A stretch of DNA of 63,728 nt, counting the filler, from Reticulomyxa filosa (lineage: Eukaryota; Protista; Foraminifera), in NCBI GenBank assembly GCA_000512085.1. It is 19 parts of 19 records of this genome, joined end to end, with 100 filler letters (N's around TTAATTAATTAA, not from the genome) between each part and the next. Parts side by side here need not be neighbours in the genome. Positions count along the whole stretch, not along the records: positions 21,322 to 22,839 come from ASPP01012580.1; positions 22,940 to 24,109 come from ASPP01019293.1; positions 24,210 to 25,692 come from ASPP01046779.1; positions 25,793 to 27,749 come from ASPP01023017.1; positions 27,850 to 29,550 come from ASPP01024180.1; positions 29,651 to 42,899 come from ASPP01018007.1; 13 more parts are not named here. One strand, written 5' to 3'. The stretch's first letter is position 1. Each line of letters starts with the position of its first letter. The notes under the pieces were generated by a model. That model was not told the DNA's origin and made no database searches. It saw nothing but the letters and a program-made list of their open reading frames with translations. The translations under genes were made by a program, and so were the position numbers. Below, in pieces: positions 22,343 through 35,916 of this stretch.

Positions 22343-22831
22343 ATGCGCCTCACCACCAAAGGCAGATTTGCCGTTACCGCCATGCTTGACCTGGCCCTGC
22401 GCGAGGCCAACGGCCCCGTCACGCTGGCCGGCATCAGCGAACGCCAGGGTATTTCCCTGTCCTATCTGGAACAGCTGTTCGGTAAACTGCGCCGCGCCCA
22501 GCTGGTAGACAGTGTGCGTGGCCCCGGCGGCGGCTACACTCTGGCCCGCACCATCGAAGAGATTTCCGTGGCCGACATCATTGTTGCCGTGGACGAACCG
22601 GTAGACGCCACCCAGTGCGCCGGCCGCGAGAACTGCCACGACAACCACCGCTGCATGACGCACGACCTGTGGACCGACCTGAACGTGACCATCTTCGACT
22701 ACCTGTCCAAGATCAGTCTGGCCAGCCTGGTCGCCAAGCAGCGCGCCAAAGAAACCACTGTAGTACAAGATCAAAGAACCCTGCGTCGCAACAGTCCCTG
22801 TAGCGAGGCTGTCGCCGGCAACGCACTCTGA
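22343..22831 (+). CDS. iscR: Fe-S cluster assembly transcription regulator IscR (Rrf2 family), proteobacterial
   Basis: MRLTTKGRFAVTAMLDLA, ISLSYLEQLFGKLRR, SVRGPGGGY, and cluster ligands C-x5-C-x5-C-x2-H (CAGRENCHDNHRCMTH). Confidence 0.96.
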   Translation: MRLTTKGRFAVTAMLDLALREANGPVTLAGISERQGISLSYLEQLFGKLRRAQLVDSVRGPGGGYTLARTIEEISVADIIVAVDEPVDATQCAGRENCHDNHRCMTHDLWTDLNVTIFDYLSKISLASLVAKQRAKETTVVQDQRTLRRNSPCSEAVAGNAL

Positions 22832-23710
22832 GCGACACCNNNNNNNNNNNNNNNNNNNNNNNNNNNNNNNNNNNNNNNNNNNNTTAATTAATTAANNNNN
22901 NNNNNNNNNNNNNNNNNNNNNNNNNNNNNNNNNNNNNNNGATTGGTTATTTCCAACCATGATCAAATGTAACAGCGGTCATTTGTTATTCCCACATAATT
23001 GCCATTTCTCAATGAAAGTGAATATTTTGAAGAGATGCTTCCTTAATAGGAAAACCAATTTTGTTGCAAATCTCTTGTCCTGTTTTTATCGATGCTGGGT
23101 TTGCATCGATTAATTTTCTTAAAATTTTTTTTGTTTGAAAATAAGCACAAAGCATTCATAACTTTGAAAAGCGATCCCAATTAAAACCCAGTAAAATGAA
23201 ACGCTTGTCTGTGCGTTCAACGTACTTCTTTTTGCACGTACAAAATAGAGTAAAGAAAAAAACTCGATACGCGAAGAATACTTATCGTCGGTCATTGATA
23301 TATTTTTTTGAACCCCCATCGTAATCCAAAAGCACAAAAAAAAAAAAAGCAAGGCCTTTGGAAATACCTCCTCGTCATATGCCTTGTGGAACAGTTTTAA
23401 TTTCATTATGTAAGATTATATCGGGCATAGTTTAAATTCTTTTGGAAGAAGCAAGAAAAAAAAAAGGGCACACTTTAACATTAGTTCAGATTACACAGAT
23501 GCAGACAAAGTGATACATTCGCAATGGTCTCAGAACGTTTCCCTTAACGTCACTGCACTACCAAAAAAAAATTGTTTTTTATGCAGAAAAAAAAAACCAA
23601 TTACAAAAAGAAAAAAAGCAAAATTACAAAGAATAATTTGGAGGGGGGGAAGAGGGGCAAAGGGGGAGGAAGAAAAAAAAAAAGCAAGTCAACAAAGCAA
23701 AAAGAGGTGT

Positions 23711-24068
23711 CTACAACAACTCGTCATCGTGTTTTTTTGAAATAGTTTTTGCGACATTAGCCCATACATGCGTATGTTGAAAGCGGTTGAATGGCTGTTT
23801 CATCAAGCGAAACATCTCCAAGACGCAATTATCAAAAAGATGAAACAATTGATCGTACGACTGCACGACCATGATTTGTTTGGCCTTGTTGTGCGCACGC
23901 AATAAGTTGTGTTCCGATAAGCTTGTCTCTCTCGCTTCGATATAAGAATTGAAAGAACCATCTTTCCTTTTCAATGTCGTATTGCCTGTGAGCCAAACTG
24001 GAGCCGATTCCATCAATCTCTGCAGTTTCTGTCGCTCCTCAGAGCCAATATTGATTTCATATCTGTAC
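23711..24068 (-). CDS. RGS-domain protein, last exon (5'-truncated)
   Basis: YEINIGSEERQKL...LFHLFDNCVLEMFRLMKQPFNRF matches the C-terminal helices of RGS domains (EINI...FD.A..E...LM....RF). Confidence 0.7.
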
Positions 24069-25849
24069 CGTACATATCAATACCCACCAATCCAAAAAAA
24101 AAAAAAAAANNNNNNNNNNNNNNNNNNNNNNNNNNNNNNNNNNNNNNNNNNNNTTAATTAATTAANNNNNNNNNNNNNNNNNNNNNNNNNNNNNNNNNNN
24201 NNNNNNNNNTTTTCACTCCAAAAAAATGCAAATAGTAAATCATGTCAATAATACAGTTCCAATATTCTCTTCCAAGTATTTCAAAACTAAAACAGAAAGA
24301 GAAATACAATTTCACTCCGATTCAAAAATTACCCTACTCCACTTTTGTCTTTTTCTAACAAAAATCTACTCCAAAAATTGATGGAAAATTAAAGTGAAAT
24401 GTACTCTTCTTGAATAATAATAATTTGCAATATTATAATTTCAATTCGTGTCACAGATACACTGCATCAAATTGATAAATTTGTGAAATTTGATCAGACT
24501 AATGTAATAAAAAAGATAAAACAAATAATATCAAATTTATGCAATTATTGACATGTTCTTTGCTTTCTTTTCATTTAACAGTCACTCAGTCAATACATTG
24601 AATTTTTCATTAAAAGACAAGAAAATGACAAAGAATTCGATGGAATTAAATGCTTATTGTAAGAAAACATTCATATCTCAAGTTTTTAGTATAAAAAATT
24701 TATTATATTATTCAATTTGCCGAGTTTTGAATATAAAAGTACACAATCTTTGATCTTTCTCTTTGCATCTGACAGGCAAAACATCAATCAAATGTCTTAC
24801 ACAATTAGAGTATTAAGAATTAGTATTCTTTGCTGACTATTTTTAAAAAACTCGTTTTTTATTCGAGTTGATGATGAAATTCAAATAAAGACTCTGTAAT
24901 TTTCTATAAAAGAAAACTTTAAATGAACTTATTTTATTTTTTTTATTTAGAATAATATATTTTCAATTATTTTAAAGTTAATAGTAGTGTAAAAATAGTA
25001 TTAATTATTCACAAATTCATTTGTTCTGGAAAGCAATTTGTATGAATAATATTGTGTATTTGGATTTTTTATTTTAAATAACAATTTATTACTTTTGATT
25101 ATAAAGATAGAATGTATTTTATATAAAATATATTACAATAAATTTAATAATCACTTAAAGACAGTTAATTTATTACATAATGAGTCTGCATTATTTCCAC
25201 AACAGAGAAAAAGCGGTGAAGGTTATGGATAAGAAAGTAAAAGACTTTTAAAACACCGAGATTATGCAGTGGTGAAATTGAAGAAAATAATATCAAAGTA
25301 TTTCTTATCATTTGAAAAAATGATATCCAAATTGATGAATCGAATCAAGAGTGTATTAGAAAAAGAAAGCAGATTAATGTATTCTTCAAAAAAAAAGATT
25401 AAAGAAAGAGTGGATGAGTTGGAGAAATGGAATCAAGAATCAATTTACAAATTATTGCAAAAAAATTTCTGTATGGATAAAGATGTGGTATTTACTTCGA
25501 ATCAAATACCATATCATTGATAATCACATTGATTATAATAGTAATATTTTTTAATTTGGATTGGAAGAAAATATGCATATATCACAAGCATGTTCGAAAC
25601 TGGGATAAAACAGTTAAACAAATTTAATGTTTAAAGATTATTCCAATGCCAATTCAAATAAACATAAAAACTTATCAATATTTCGAATAACANNNNNNNN
25701 NNNNNNNNNNNNNNNNNNNNNNNNNNNNNNNNNNNNTTAATTAATTAANNNNNNNNNNNNNNNNNNNNNNNNNNNNNNNNNNNNNNNNNNNNAATATATA
25801 AAAATATATAAAAATATATAAAAATATATAAAAATAATTATAAATAAAC

Positions 25850-27246
25850 CTGATATGCACTTGTTGATTAGCATGATCAATTTTAGCATTTAATAAATTT
25901 TGTGTAACTAATTCAATAATTAATTCTTCTAAATCATCTAAAGTATCAATATGTAATTGTTGTTGTAATTCAGAAAAAGCAATACTGGTTAAACGATTAC
26001 CAATACCACATAAAGTTAATTTTCTCATTTTAGATAATAAGCTATCTGTTTCTAAACCAAGTGATTTTAAGATCATTTCATTATTAGTAACAAATTGTTT
26101 AAAATCTTGAACTGTACCTTGATATACAATCATTAATAATTCATAAAGTTCACCATATTTACTTTTATATTTAGTATTTTCTTTCATTTCACGAACAATA
26201 TGTAAATTAGCTAATTCCATAAAAGTTCTTGTATTAATTTTTTCACTTGCAATTGCAGCAATAACAGCTTTATATAAACATATATGTATATACATAAAAA
26301 TAATAATAAATTTAATTTTAAAAATTAAATTTATTATTATTTTTACTTACCTTGTGATGCTATATTCATAACATCATCAGTTACATTATCAGTATTTTTC
26401 CATTCTTTTAAATATTCAATTAAGAAATATTGTGCCATTTCACTAATAATAATTATCATTTATTTATTTATATTTTTTAAAATAAAAAAATAAAAATTTA
26501 AACTTAACTCATCACAATTTCTTCTTGCTACTTGCCATGCTGATTCAAGTAATATCTTTTTTGTAACATCTTTTACTTTCCATTCTTTTATCCATGATTT
26601 TAATTGTTCTAATTTACCTTTCATTAATTTAGTTAATATATGTGGTGGAGATTTTAATACTAATGATAATAATCTTTGCATAACAAGAGGTCTTAAATTA
26701 TTATTATCATTTGTAATTGTATTTGGTAAATAATTAAATAAATTAGTTAATCTATTATTTATTTATAATTGTGCAAAAAAAAAAAATAAAAATAAAAAAT
26801 TTATTTTAATGCGATATTTCGTTTAAATAAAAAAAATAAAAAAATTTTTTAACAATTTTAAATTAAGTTCTGCAAATTTATCATCTTGTGTTGTTAATGA
26901 TTGTGATATTCTTTCAACTGATTGTTGATATTTTGAAGAATAAGGAAGTATAGCTAATACACAATCAAATATAAATTCAATTTGTTCATTATTAATTGAA
27001 AATGAATAAATTAAATCTATATTCTCTACAAATACATCTAATACATATTGTAAATCATCAATTGCTTCATTATCTAATGAATCTAAATAATCATTATCTT
27101 TTTGCGTTAATAAATTTTCTTGTGATAATACTTGTCCTTTATTATTACAAAATCTCACATTTATTAATAAACGTTCTGCAATATCCACATTTTGTCCATC
27201 ATAAAATGGTCCTCCTGTAGGTTCAAAAAAAATTTCATCTATTTCT

Positions 27247-27277
<31 letters not shown>

Positions 27278-27356
27278 TTTCCTCTTTTTCTTCCGAATCA
27301 TCTTCTTCTACGCTTTTAGTCTCTGCGTCAGCAACTTCTCTTTCATAATCTGCCAT
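25850..27356 (-). CDS. EIF3M: Eukaryotic translation initiation factor 3 subunit M (PCI domain), multi-exon, 3'-truncated
   Basis: LKL|LTNLFN; QYFLIEYLK; KMRKLTLCGI...IAFSELQQQLHI...LEELIIELVTQNLLNAKIDHANQQVHI (eIF3M-type PCI). Acidic N-terminal extension. Confidence 0.8.
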
Positions 27357-27849
27357 TTTACTAACGTCCTCTCTTTTTATAAATCACCAATTTGTTCAAA
27401 AGTTTTTTTCAACTTTTTTTAAACTGGGACTTGCTAAACATTTTTGTAATGATTTTTTGTGTTGATGACTTTTCTGTTCACATTTTTATCTTTTTGTTCA
27501 AATAAACTCATACTTTGCTTCTTTTTTCGTTGATTTTTGTTAGAGATTTGATGTGTTTGTCACAATTTGGTTTGATCCGAGTAAGACGTTGTTTATGAAT
27601 AAACAAAAAAATTGATATATAAAACATCGGATCTGGATTCTTTTTTTTTTTTTTGTATTAACTTTTTCTCCGCAAATCGCGCAAATTGATGTCTTTCTGA
27701 ACTGACTAAACGCGCACTGCTGATGTTTGAATTGTAAAAAAAAAAAAAANNNNNNNNNNNNNNNNNNNNNNNNNNNNNNNNNNNNNNNNNNNNTTAATTA
27801 ATTAANNNNNNNNNNNNNNNNNNNNNNNNNNNNNNNNNNNNNNNNNNNN

Positions 27850-27890
<41 letters not shown>

Positions 27891-28000
27891 AGAAGCAAAA
27901 TTAAAATGAAATAAAATAGATAAATCAAATATCATATAACAAAATATAATTTATATAATGTAATGCAATGTAATGTTTGTATCAAAAAAAAAAAAAAAAA

Positions 28001-29436
28001 ATGCAGTACTTGAGAGACCAACGTGCAGCGGTTGCGGAGCAATTGAATACAATGTTTTTCGAAGGTAAACACCCCGCGTATTTCCACGCGCATCATACGA
28101 ACATTGAGGGATGGTACGACCCATTGTACTTGTCCCGCGAGTTGGTTGTAGAGAAATTCAAGAGCTTGTGCAACCAAGTGGTGCAACAGATGGCGCGCTC
28201 TCGACATTCGCCCGTGGAAAACCCGAGCCGCCACCCCTATTCGCTGACAAAGATGTCGAGCAACGAAACGATAGGAAGCGACGACCGAATAAGCGGAAAC
28301 ATAAGTTCAAACTATATGAATGTGAACGACGTGTCTTTGGGCGTGGGCAGAATGTCTATCGGATCGTCGATGAATTCGTCTGGCGTGAGCACTGGTGGGA
28401 TCGGCAACTTTTTGAATCCATCAATCGGCTTGACTCTTGTCCCAGGGATTGGAAACGTGGCCACCAATAGTCTGTTGAGCGGCCAAATGAATGTGCTTTC
28501 GAGCAATGGCAGTCCCATGCTCATGACCGCCACTCCTTTGCAGCAAGGAGCCAACGGAGCGTTGCAAATGCCCTCGCTCGTGCATACGACAACAGGCAAC
28601 ACGAGCACCGGCTCGATGAATGCATTGGGAGGAATGGGCATGATGTCGAATGTCAACCAACACGTGCCGTCTTTGATTAGCGCCCCATTGAACTTTATGA
28701 ATCCCAACACGGCCAACAGCGGTGGGAGTGGGAACGCCAATATGGGAGGCATGAACATGCAAATGCCATTTGTCAATTCCGGAACCCGGATTATGAATCC
28801 CAACAGCTTGGGCTTGAACATTCATTCGCCTCAAATGTCGGGTAACGTTGGCAGTGATCAAGCTCTGTCCATGACGAGCACTGCCGGAGGCAACTTGGGA
28901 ATGAACTTGAGAAACACTATCCCCACCACCAGCGATGGCTTTGTTGGAGGTAGTAGTAATAGCATTGGAGGAGGAGGAGGAGGAGGGGGAGGAAGTGGAA
29001 GTGTCATTGGCAGTGAAGGACTAGAATCAACTGGTATCTCCAGAGAAGCGTCCACCGATAAAAACTTGATCAGCAGCTCCAGAAACAACAATGACATGGA
29101 CGGAAACAATAGTGGTCGAATCAGCACCAGCAGTCGCAAGAGAGGGAATATCCATGTCATCGAAGGGGGGGGCCTCCTAACTTTGCAAACATGAACACTC
29201 CACCATTGAACCCGTATCAATTCCGAAACTTTCAATCCTTCAAACCCATCGCGCCCATGGACACTTCTCAAGTCTCGGCCAGTGGTATCAGCAGCGCAAA
29301 CAATAGTGTCACTAATGCCCCTTCTATCAACCGCATGGAATCCACTGGATCTTTGATTCGTACGCAGAATCAATCGTCAAACATTGGACACTTGTCTGGT
29401 GACGCACCAAACTTAGCAAGGCAGCTGTCTTCTGGT
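28001..29436 (+). CDS. Internal exon of a low-complexity Ser/Gly/Asn/Met-rich protein, frameshift in the G-run ~29165
   Basis: Long open frame of elevated GC flanked by intron-like microsatellites. A second frame continues as GPPNFANMNTPP after the poly-G. No family recognised. Confidence 0.6.
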
Positions 29437-29510
29437 AATTCATTTATATTATATACATACATACCTGTACTTGTACTTGTGTATACGTATATACACATAT
29501 TTATTTATTT

Positions 29511-29550
<40 letters not shown>

Positions 29551-29779
29551 NNNNNNNNNNNNNNNNNNNNNNNNNNNNNNNNNNNNNNNNNNNNTTAATT
29601 AATTAANNNNNNNNNNNNNNNNNNNNNNNNNNNNNNNNNNNNNNNNNNNNAATAAACTGGAATAAAAGAATATGATGTTTCTCAAAGACTACGATGATAC
29701 AAGCATATTTTTTTTTAAAAAGTATCTACGCGACTTGGAGATTTCTAAAATGTAAACAAAAAAATTTGAAAATTTCTTA

Positions 29780-29825
29780 ATCATAAGATACGTTTTAGGC
29801 GTTCAGTTTTCTTTGCAACATAATG
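29780..29825 (+). mobile_element. Right terminal inverted repeat of the same MITE family as 46447-46709
   Basis: atcataagatacgttttaggcgttcagttttctttgcaacataatg|ta closely matches the right TIR ending at 46709. Upstream 29705-29765 also resembles the MITE interior. Confidence 0.7.
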
Positions 29826-31041
29826 TAATAACATAAATGAATTTTGATTTTGTGATAAAACAAATTAGATTAACTTAATTCAATATATTATAATATGTAT
29901 ACTCAATTTAAATTTTTTTATCTATGTGTTAAACAATTTATCTTTTTATGTAGTTGTTTTAATTCACTTATCAGAATGTATATTTTTGTGTTTCATAAAA
30001 TCAACTTACTAGATTATGTTAGTGCAATCGACAACATAAATCAATTAATGATAAGTGATTATGTTGTTTTTATCGTACTAACTTAAAACCTGAAATGCAA
30101 GTGTCATATTCTATGCACATTTGTGTCATTAATATTTACATTTCATTGTTATCAGTAGTTGCATTATTGTTGCTCTTGATGACAAAGGATTTTGAATCAA
30201 CTATATTATCATGTTTTCTAAAGTGTTTTTCAACTTAACTTCCATTTTTTGATATTTGTCAAGTATTTTTTAATCTGTATTATATCAATGTAAAACTATA
30301 ATAATTGAAAATACTTGACAATTATTTATAATAAAGACAATTTTTATTTCTATGAATACTTACAACTGAAATGTATCAAATCTGTAAAGTATGCAATCTT
30401 CCTGTTTGCTTGTACCATAATCGATCTTAGATGGAAAAAACACAAATTTTGAGCTTTTTGCGTTCCTTTTTACTTGAACTTGTTTTTTAAAACTAGTCGA
30501 GCGAAAAGTCTTAATGATTGCTTATTTTTGTCATATTTCAAGAGTTTGCAATATTAAGTTATATTTTTCTAATACGTGCTCAATACAAATGCAACATTAG
30601 CACAACTTATGGATTCATTTTGCCAATTGTGTATTTTTTAAATCTTCAGAATACATAAATAGATTTTTGTATCATTCTACAATGCCTTCTAATTAGTCTT
30701 GTATTATTCTAAATCAATATTTGAAAATAGTCCTTTTTTTTGGTCTTTAAAAAATAAAATGTTGATTTTGACATTTTTTGTAAGGTTTAAAATTACAATT
30801 GAAACATTGATCAATTTGATGAAGTACAGTCATAATTGACTCTAACCTTTTTATCAGAATACAATTTTTTTGTTCTACTTTTTTCCTCCAGTTTTCCAAC
30901 AAGGTATAACAAATATAAAAGCATACAATAATGTGTCAGAAAAGGACGTAGAAAAATGAATGTAATCTTAAATAAACTAAATTTAATTTATTTTGCTTTT
31001 TTGAACTACGCTATGTTAACAATTTCAGAATAATACAAAGA

Positions 31042-32132
31042 TTATATTTTCACATCTTTTAAGTAGTGTGGTAATGTACGCTTGCTAGGACTTGAAAATG
31101 ATAGGATATGTTGTTTATACATTTTGCTGCTAAATAAGAGACGTATTTTTTCTTTTAAAGCCTTTTCTTTTTTTGTCAATTCATCATCAACAGCCAATTT
31201 TTTCATATCATTCCAATTTTTCAGAACGCAAGATGTCGTTCGTGATTGTCCTTTTTTATTTTTATTTTCACCAAGAGTTTTAGTTTTAGCTTTCCATTTT
31301 TCAACTGGTAAATACCATGCACCGTAGGACGGTCTTTTCGAGGAGTTTGCAAATGTTTGTTTTTGTTTTTTAGTATGATTTTGAACAATTGTTTTTTTTT
31401 TTAAAAATTCGTTGTTTTTTACAAGCGCTTTGCTTTTCGATTTTTTTTGCGGCTGGAGATTTTTGGAGAAAGCAAATATTTTGGAGTTTTTTAGACTATC
31501 TTCCTTTTTTTCAACTGTACTTTTCATACGGTCTAATGAGTAAAGATGGGCCGCAGTTAGTTTTGACACGTGAAATGTCTCAATTGAAGAGGAAGATGAA
31601 CCAGAATCATCCCACATTTCTTGCTGTACTTTACTTTTTTTTTTTTGTATCGCTGGCCTTTTCCGTGTTTAACCAATTTGAGTGTTTGTCGACTGTTATT
31701 GAATTTAAGAATTCAGTCTAACGCATTTTTTTGGTTTGATGTGTAAACTGAGAATGATGTTAATTAGAATATATAAAATGAAATAAAATAATTTTTCTCC
31801 AGTACTATAGCATCTATTTGATCCAATCGATTTAAAGTACTATTTTAGGTTTTTTGTTGAATTTCTTTTGTTTATTACTCATTCTCAGATTACAACAAAA
31901 AATTATAAACTATTATGCAAGTATCAAACCTTTCTGGGATTTTTAGAGTTTCTGAAATTACTATTTTGCTTTCAGGGAGATCTGAGAAGCGCCACTTGAC
32001 TTCAATAAATGGATCGTATCCTTTTTAAAACAAACAAATAGGATTGAGTGGTATTTTATCTAAATTTCGTGTTCTTGACCTTTTCTATTTCTTAATTTTT
32101 GCTTTGCTTCAGCAATTTTGGAACTTTCCATA
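31042..32132 (-). CDS. Hypothetical Lys-rich protein, multi-exon
   Basis: Long final exon with YGAWYLP..W and LFSSKMYK...LPHYL motifs. Small upstream exons (e.g. GYDPFIEVKWRFSDLP) have GT-AG boundaries. Function unknown. Confidence 0.5.
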
Positions 32133-32594
32133 TCGTATGTTTTTTGACGGTCACCGTATTTATTTTGTATGAAGTAAATATTAATATTGAGCTTTCTCCT
32201 ACTCGAAACATAATTATTAATTTATGTAATTCTTAAAATAATTTCCATCCCTTTTAAATCACTTTGTCTTCACATAACTTTTTTACATGAAATAATTCTG
32301 ATTTTGCAATATTGTACGCAGATATTTATCTTTCTAAGCTAAAAATTGTGGAGAAAAGTTTTCAAACTATAATTGAATCTCTGTTAATTTGTAAACTGTT
32401 TTGAATTTGTTTTTTCATGTCTGATGAAAGTAATGTCAAGCTTTAAATCGGCTTTAAAAATCATGTTAAGTCAAATTATTTTAAGATTGAACACAAAAAA
32501 AGCAGTGAAGTACTATGTTAAAGGCATAACCAATTTGAAGATTTCAGAAATAGTGTGGCCCAAAGTAAATTGATTTAGTACGCTTTTAGAAAGA

Positions 32595-35540
32595 TTAACA
32601 AAAGGAACATCTAACCAGGAGCAAATTCGGAAACGGCAAGCGATCCACGAGAACCAGTATTAATTTGAGCCAACTGTGATCCGGCTTTTTAACTTTGCTG
32701 ACACGTCTTCTTTGTGAAGCGGCTTTGATTTCATCACTGAGATAACCTTTTCGCAATAAGTTATCCGTTCTTTTCAAAAACAAGCACTCACACATTTCAT
32801 TAAAATTCAAATTTTTTACATTAAATATGCCTTTGATTTCTTTTGGATATGTTGTATACGATTGAACCATTGAGCTTGCTGCTTCTTTTCCTTTCTCTTT
32901 TAACTTCATATACAAAATATATACATATATAACGTTTTATTTTTTTTAATTATATAAATGTTGAGATATCCACTAATAAATAAACGAGAACAACAAAAGC
33001 ACAAAACAGGTTCATTTTGTTCGACGTATTCAGAAATGTGGCGATATAAAAACATTCGAGGTGTATTCTCGAATGTGTTTTGATGATCTTCCATTCCAAG
33101 TTGTGACATCCATTGTTGCGTCACGTGTTTGGTGATAGCGTGAGGATTGCGATTGGCAATAGGAGCGGTGGCACTTGCAGGAACGTTCTTGGTCCAGTAT
33201 TGATTCAGATATCTCCAAATTTCATTCGCGTCAAACTTTTGAAAAGATAGACGGTGTTTTTGCAAAATGTCCAAATATTTCATTTCCGAGGGATTCAGCA
33301 TTATCAATGCATTACCTAGTTTCCCCATGCGTGCCGTTCGTCCAGTCTTTGTTGTTTTTTTTAAAAAAAATGATTATACTTCTTCAATTTCATTGCATTT
33401 TGCATCAAAGTCAACAATAACGGAGTTTGAATTGGACATTAACTCTGTGAATGTAGTCTTGTAAGCGTGGTGGTGGATCAAATTGAATAATCCAATCAAC
33501 TCCTGGGATATCTAAACCTCGTGCGGCGACATCAGTGGTAAGCAATACCCCGCGATTCGCATTGCAAAAAGCAAAATAAGTGCATGTTCGATCGGACTGG
33601 GACATGTCGCCACGAAGTTCAAACCAGCCGTTGATCAAGTGGGCTGCCGCTTGTTTATCATGGGTTAACGTCACATCCTTTATTGCGGCCGCATGTTTGC
33701 CATCAGGCTTCATTTCCAATGTCAAATCGCTTGACTCGGATTGTGGTGTTTTTTCATTATCCGATTTGCCTTCTAAGTTTTTCAATATCAGCTCGCGTCG
33801 TGTTGGAGACAAGCTTACTTGTGAAAACAACTGATAAAAATAGTTCACTGCGCTGCATGTACTTAAAAATATCACTACCTTTAACCCCTGTCTAGTCAGA
33901 CACTCTCCCAATTCAAACAAGCATTTTTTTTCTCTACATATAATATATAATATATCATATATCACATATCACATATACATACATATATGTATATGTGTAT
34001 ATTTTATGTTGCGAAAAATGACTTGTGAAATCGCTTTTGCAAAATGAGCAGCAATCCAATCAAAGCTAAGGATTTGGATCGTCTGTTGACGCACAAGTAC
34101 TGATGTGTCAAAGTCTCTGGGACAAAGTACTTGCTGTTTTCTGCCGAGGAGGTGCTATCAAGCGCTTCGTTTTTTTGCAGTCCAATCCGAACTGGGTTGG
34201 ACAGCGACAGCTCTGCCAGACGATTGACCCCGCCTGACAGCGTTGCCGAAACCAATACATTGCATCTACGCACATACAAATCAATTTGGCACATTGAGTT
34301 TTCCTTTCCAAAAATAAATAAAATAATAATAATAATATACCTTGGGACCATGCCTCGATTACGAATGAATTGAAGGATTTCTTGCACATCTTTTTCAAAG
34401 CCCAAATCGAGTAATCGATCAGCTTCGTCTAGGATAAGCCATTGCAACTGTTCAAAATGAAAGGCCTTTGTGTTATTCATGTGATCCAAAATGCGGCCCG
34501 GAGTGCCAATTACGATGGACAGACCTTTGCGCAAGCCCACTTTTTCTTTCTTTTTTTCCGACCCTCCCATGCACGTTCCGCTTGTCAAGTAATGAAAGCT
34601 TTTGATCGTTAGTGTCCGTAACACCTGCCATATTTGCAGCGACAACTCCCTCGTCGGCACTATTATGAGCGCCTTCGTGCCATCTCCTCGGCTTACCCTT
34701 TCGCCTGTCAAGTCATTCACCATTGGTATCAAATATGCCAATGTTTTGCCACTGCCAGTCTCTGCTTGCAATAAGCTTCATTTCCCCCCCCCACAATCAT
34801 CATTCACAAACTCAAATTTCTTGTTTTTTTCGAATCCTCGTAAATTCGCAAAAAAAAAAAGGGGTTTTAAAATTTTTTTTGAAACGCACTTACACATCAC
34901 GGTTTTGCAATAGATAGGGGATCGCTTTTGATTGCATCGTGGTCGGCTTTTCCAAACCCATCACTTCTTTGATTTGTTTGAGCAGCTTTTCCTTACTGCC
35001 TTCATTAAAACGAAAGTCGTCCCAACTCGAGTTACTTTTCACTAATTTTACCGATTGCACCGAAGCTTTGCTGATCGCCATGGTCTTGATGTCATTGTTG
35101 TCATCTTTCATATCATCCGATGCAAGATTGCGCTTTCGCTTATTTGTTCTTTCCTTTTCCTTGTCTTTTTCTTTTTCATTTTTGTCGTTTTCTTGATCTT
35201 TTTCTTTTTCTGATTCTGTTCCATTTTCTTTCTTTGGGGAATTCTTCATTTGCTTGGATGAAAAAGGAGGTCTAAGGCGTGGGGGATTTGATTTGGCGGG
35301 TATAGTGACGATAGTTGCGGCTTTACTGTGATCTAATTCGTCTAAGAATGAACCGAGGCTTTTGCCATTGCTCTTGTCGAGAGCATTTGAGATTGTGTCT
35401 GGTTGCAACGAAGGAAGAGATTTAATGGACGATAATGCGACAGTATTATTGTCGATTTGTTCATCTGGAAAACAATCTAAAAAAATTGACTCATTCAAAC
35501 GTCGACGTTTTGAAGATGGGACAACATTCCGATTTAACAT
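32595..35540 (-). CDS. DBP7: DEAD-box RNA helicase DBP7/DDX31 (ribosome biogenesis), multi-exon
   Basis: Q motif PTTMQSKAIP, AETGSGKT, PTREL, GGSEKKKEKVGLRKG (Dbp7-like), TPGRILDH, DEAD, SAT, TDVAARGLD, YIHRV|GRTAR, and C-terminal QSYTTYPKEIKGIFNVKNL. Confidence 0.88.
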
Positions 35541-35916
35541 CTTTTCTATTTAAAAGTTCATGTTCGGTTTGATTCTTCTTAACTCGCTTTGCCGTAACAT
35601 ATTAGTACTTTGGTGAAACTCGTATGACAGAAATGTTGGTCTTTTTGTAATTAAAACCTCAAGTACTAGAATAAAAAAATATATTATCCCGCTTGTGGCA
35701 TCGCCAAGGACTAACAAAAGCAATAACACTCAACAAACAGTTTTTTAAGCAAAAGGTAATTTACTGTTCGTGACAGTTATTAAATACGTGAAAATAATTT
35801 AAAAACGGAGTAGCATTAACATTAGCTGTTTTCTAAAAACTCCTTTTTTTTTGTCCTAGTGGTTTAGTTTCAAGTCATCTTTTATTTTTGTTCTTCTAAA
35901 AAAAACAGGTCAAAAT

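Noticed and set aside
22319-22803. Alternative-frame and antisense ORFs over iscR and fabH
   Set aside because: Shadow ORFs typical of GC-rich DNA; the real genes explain the region.
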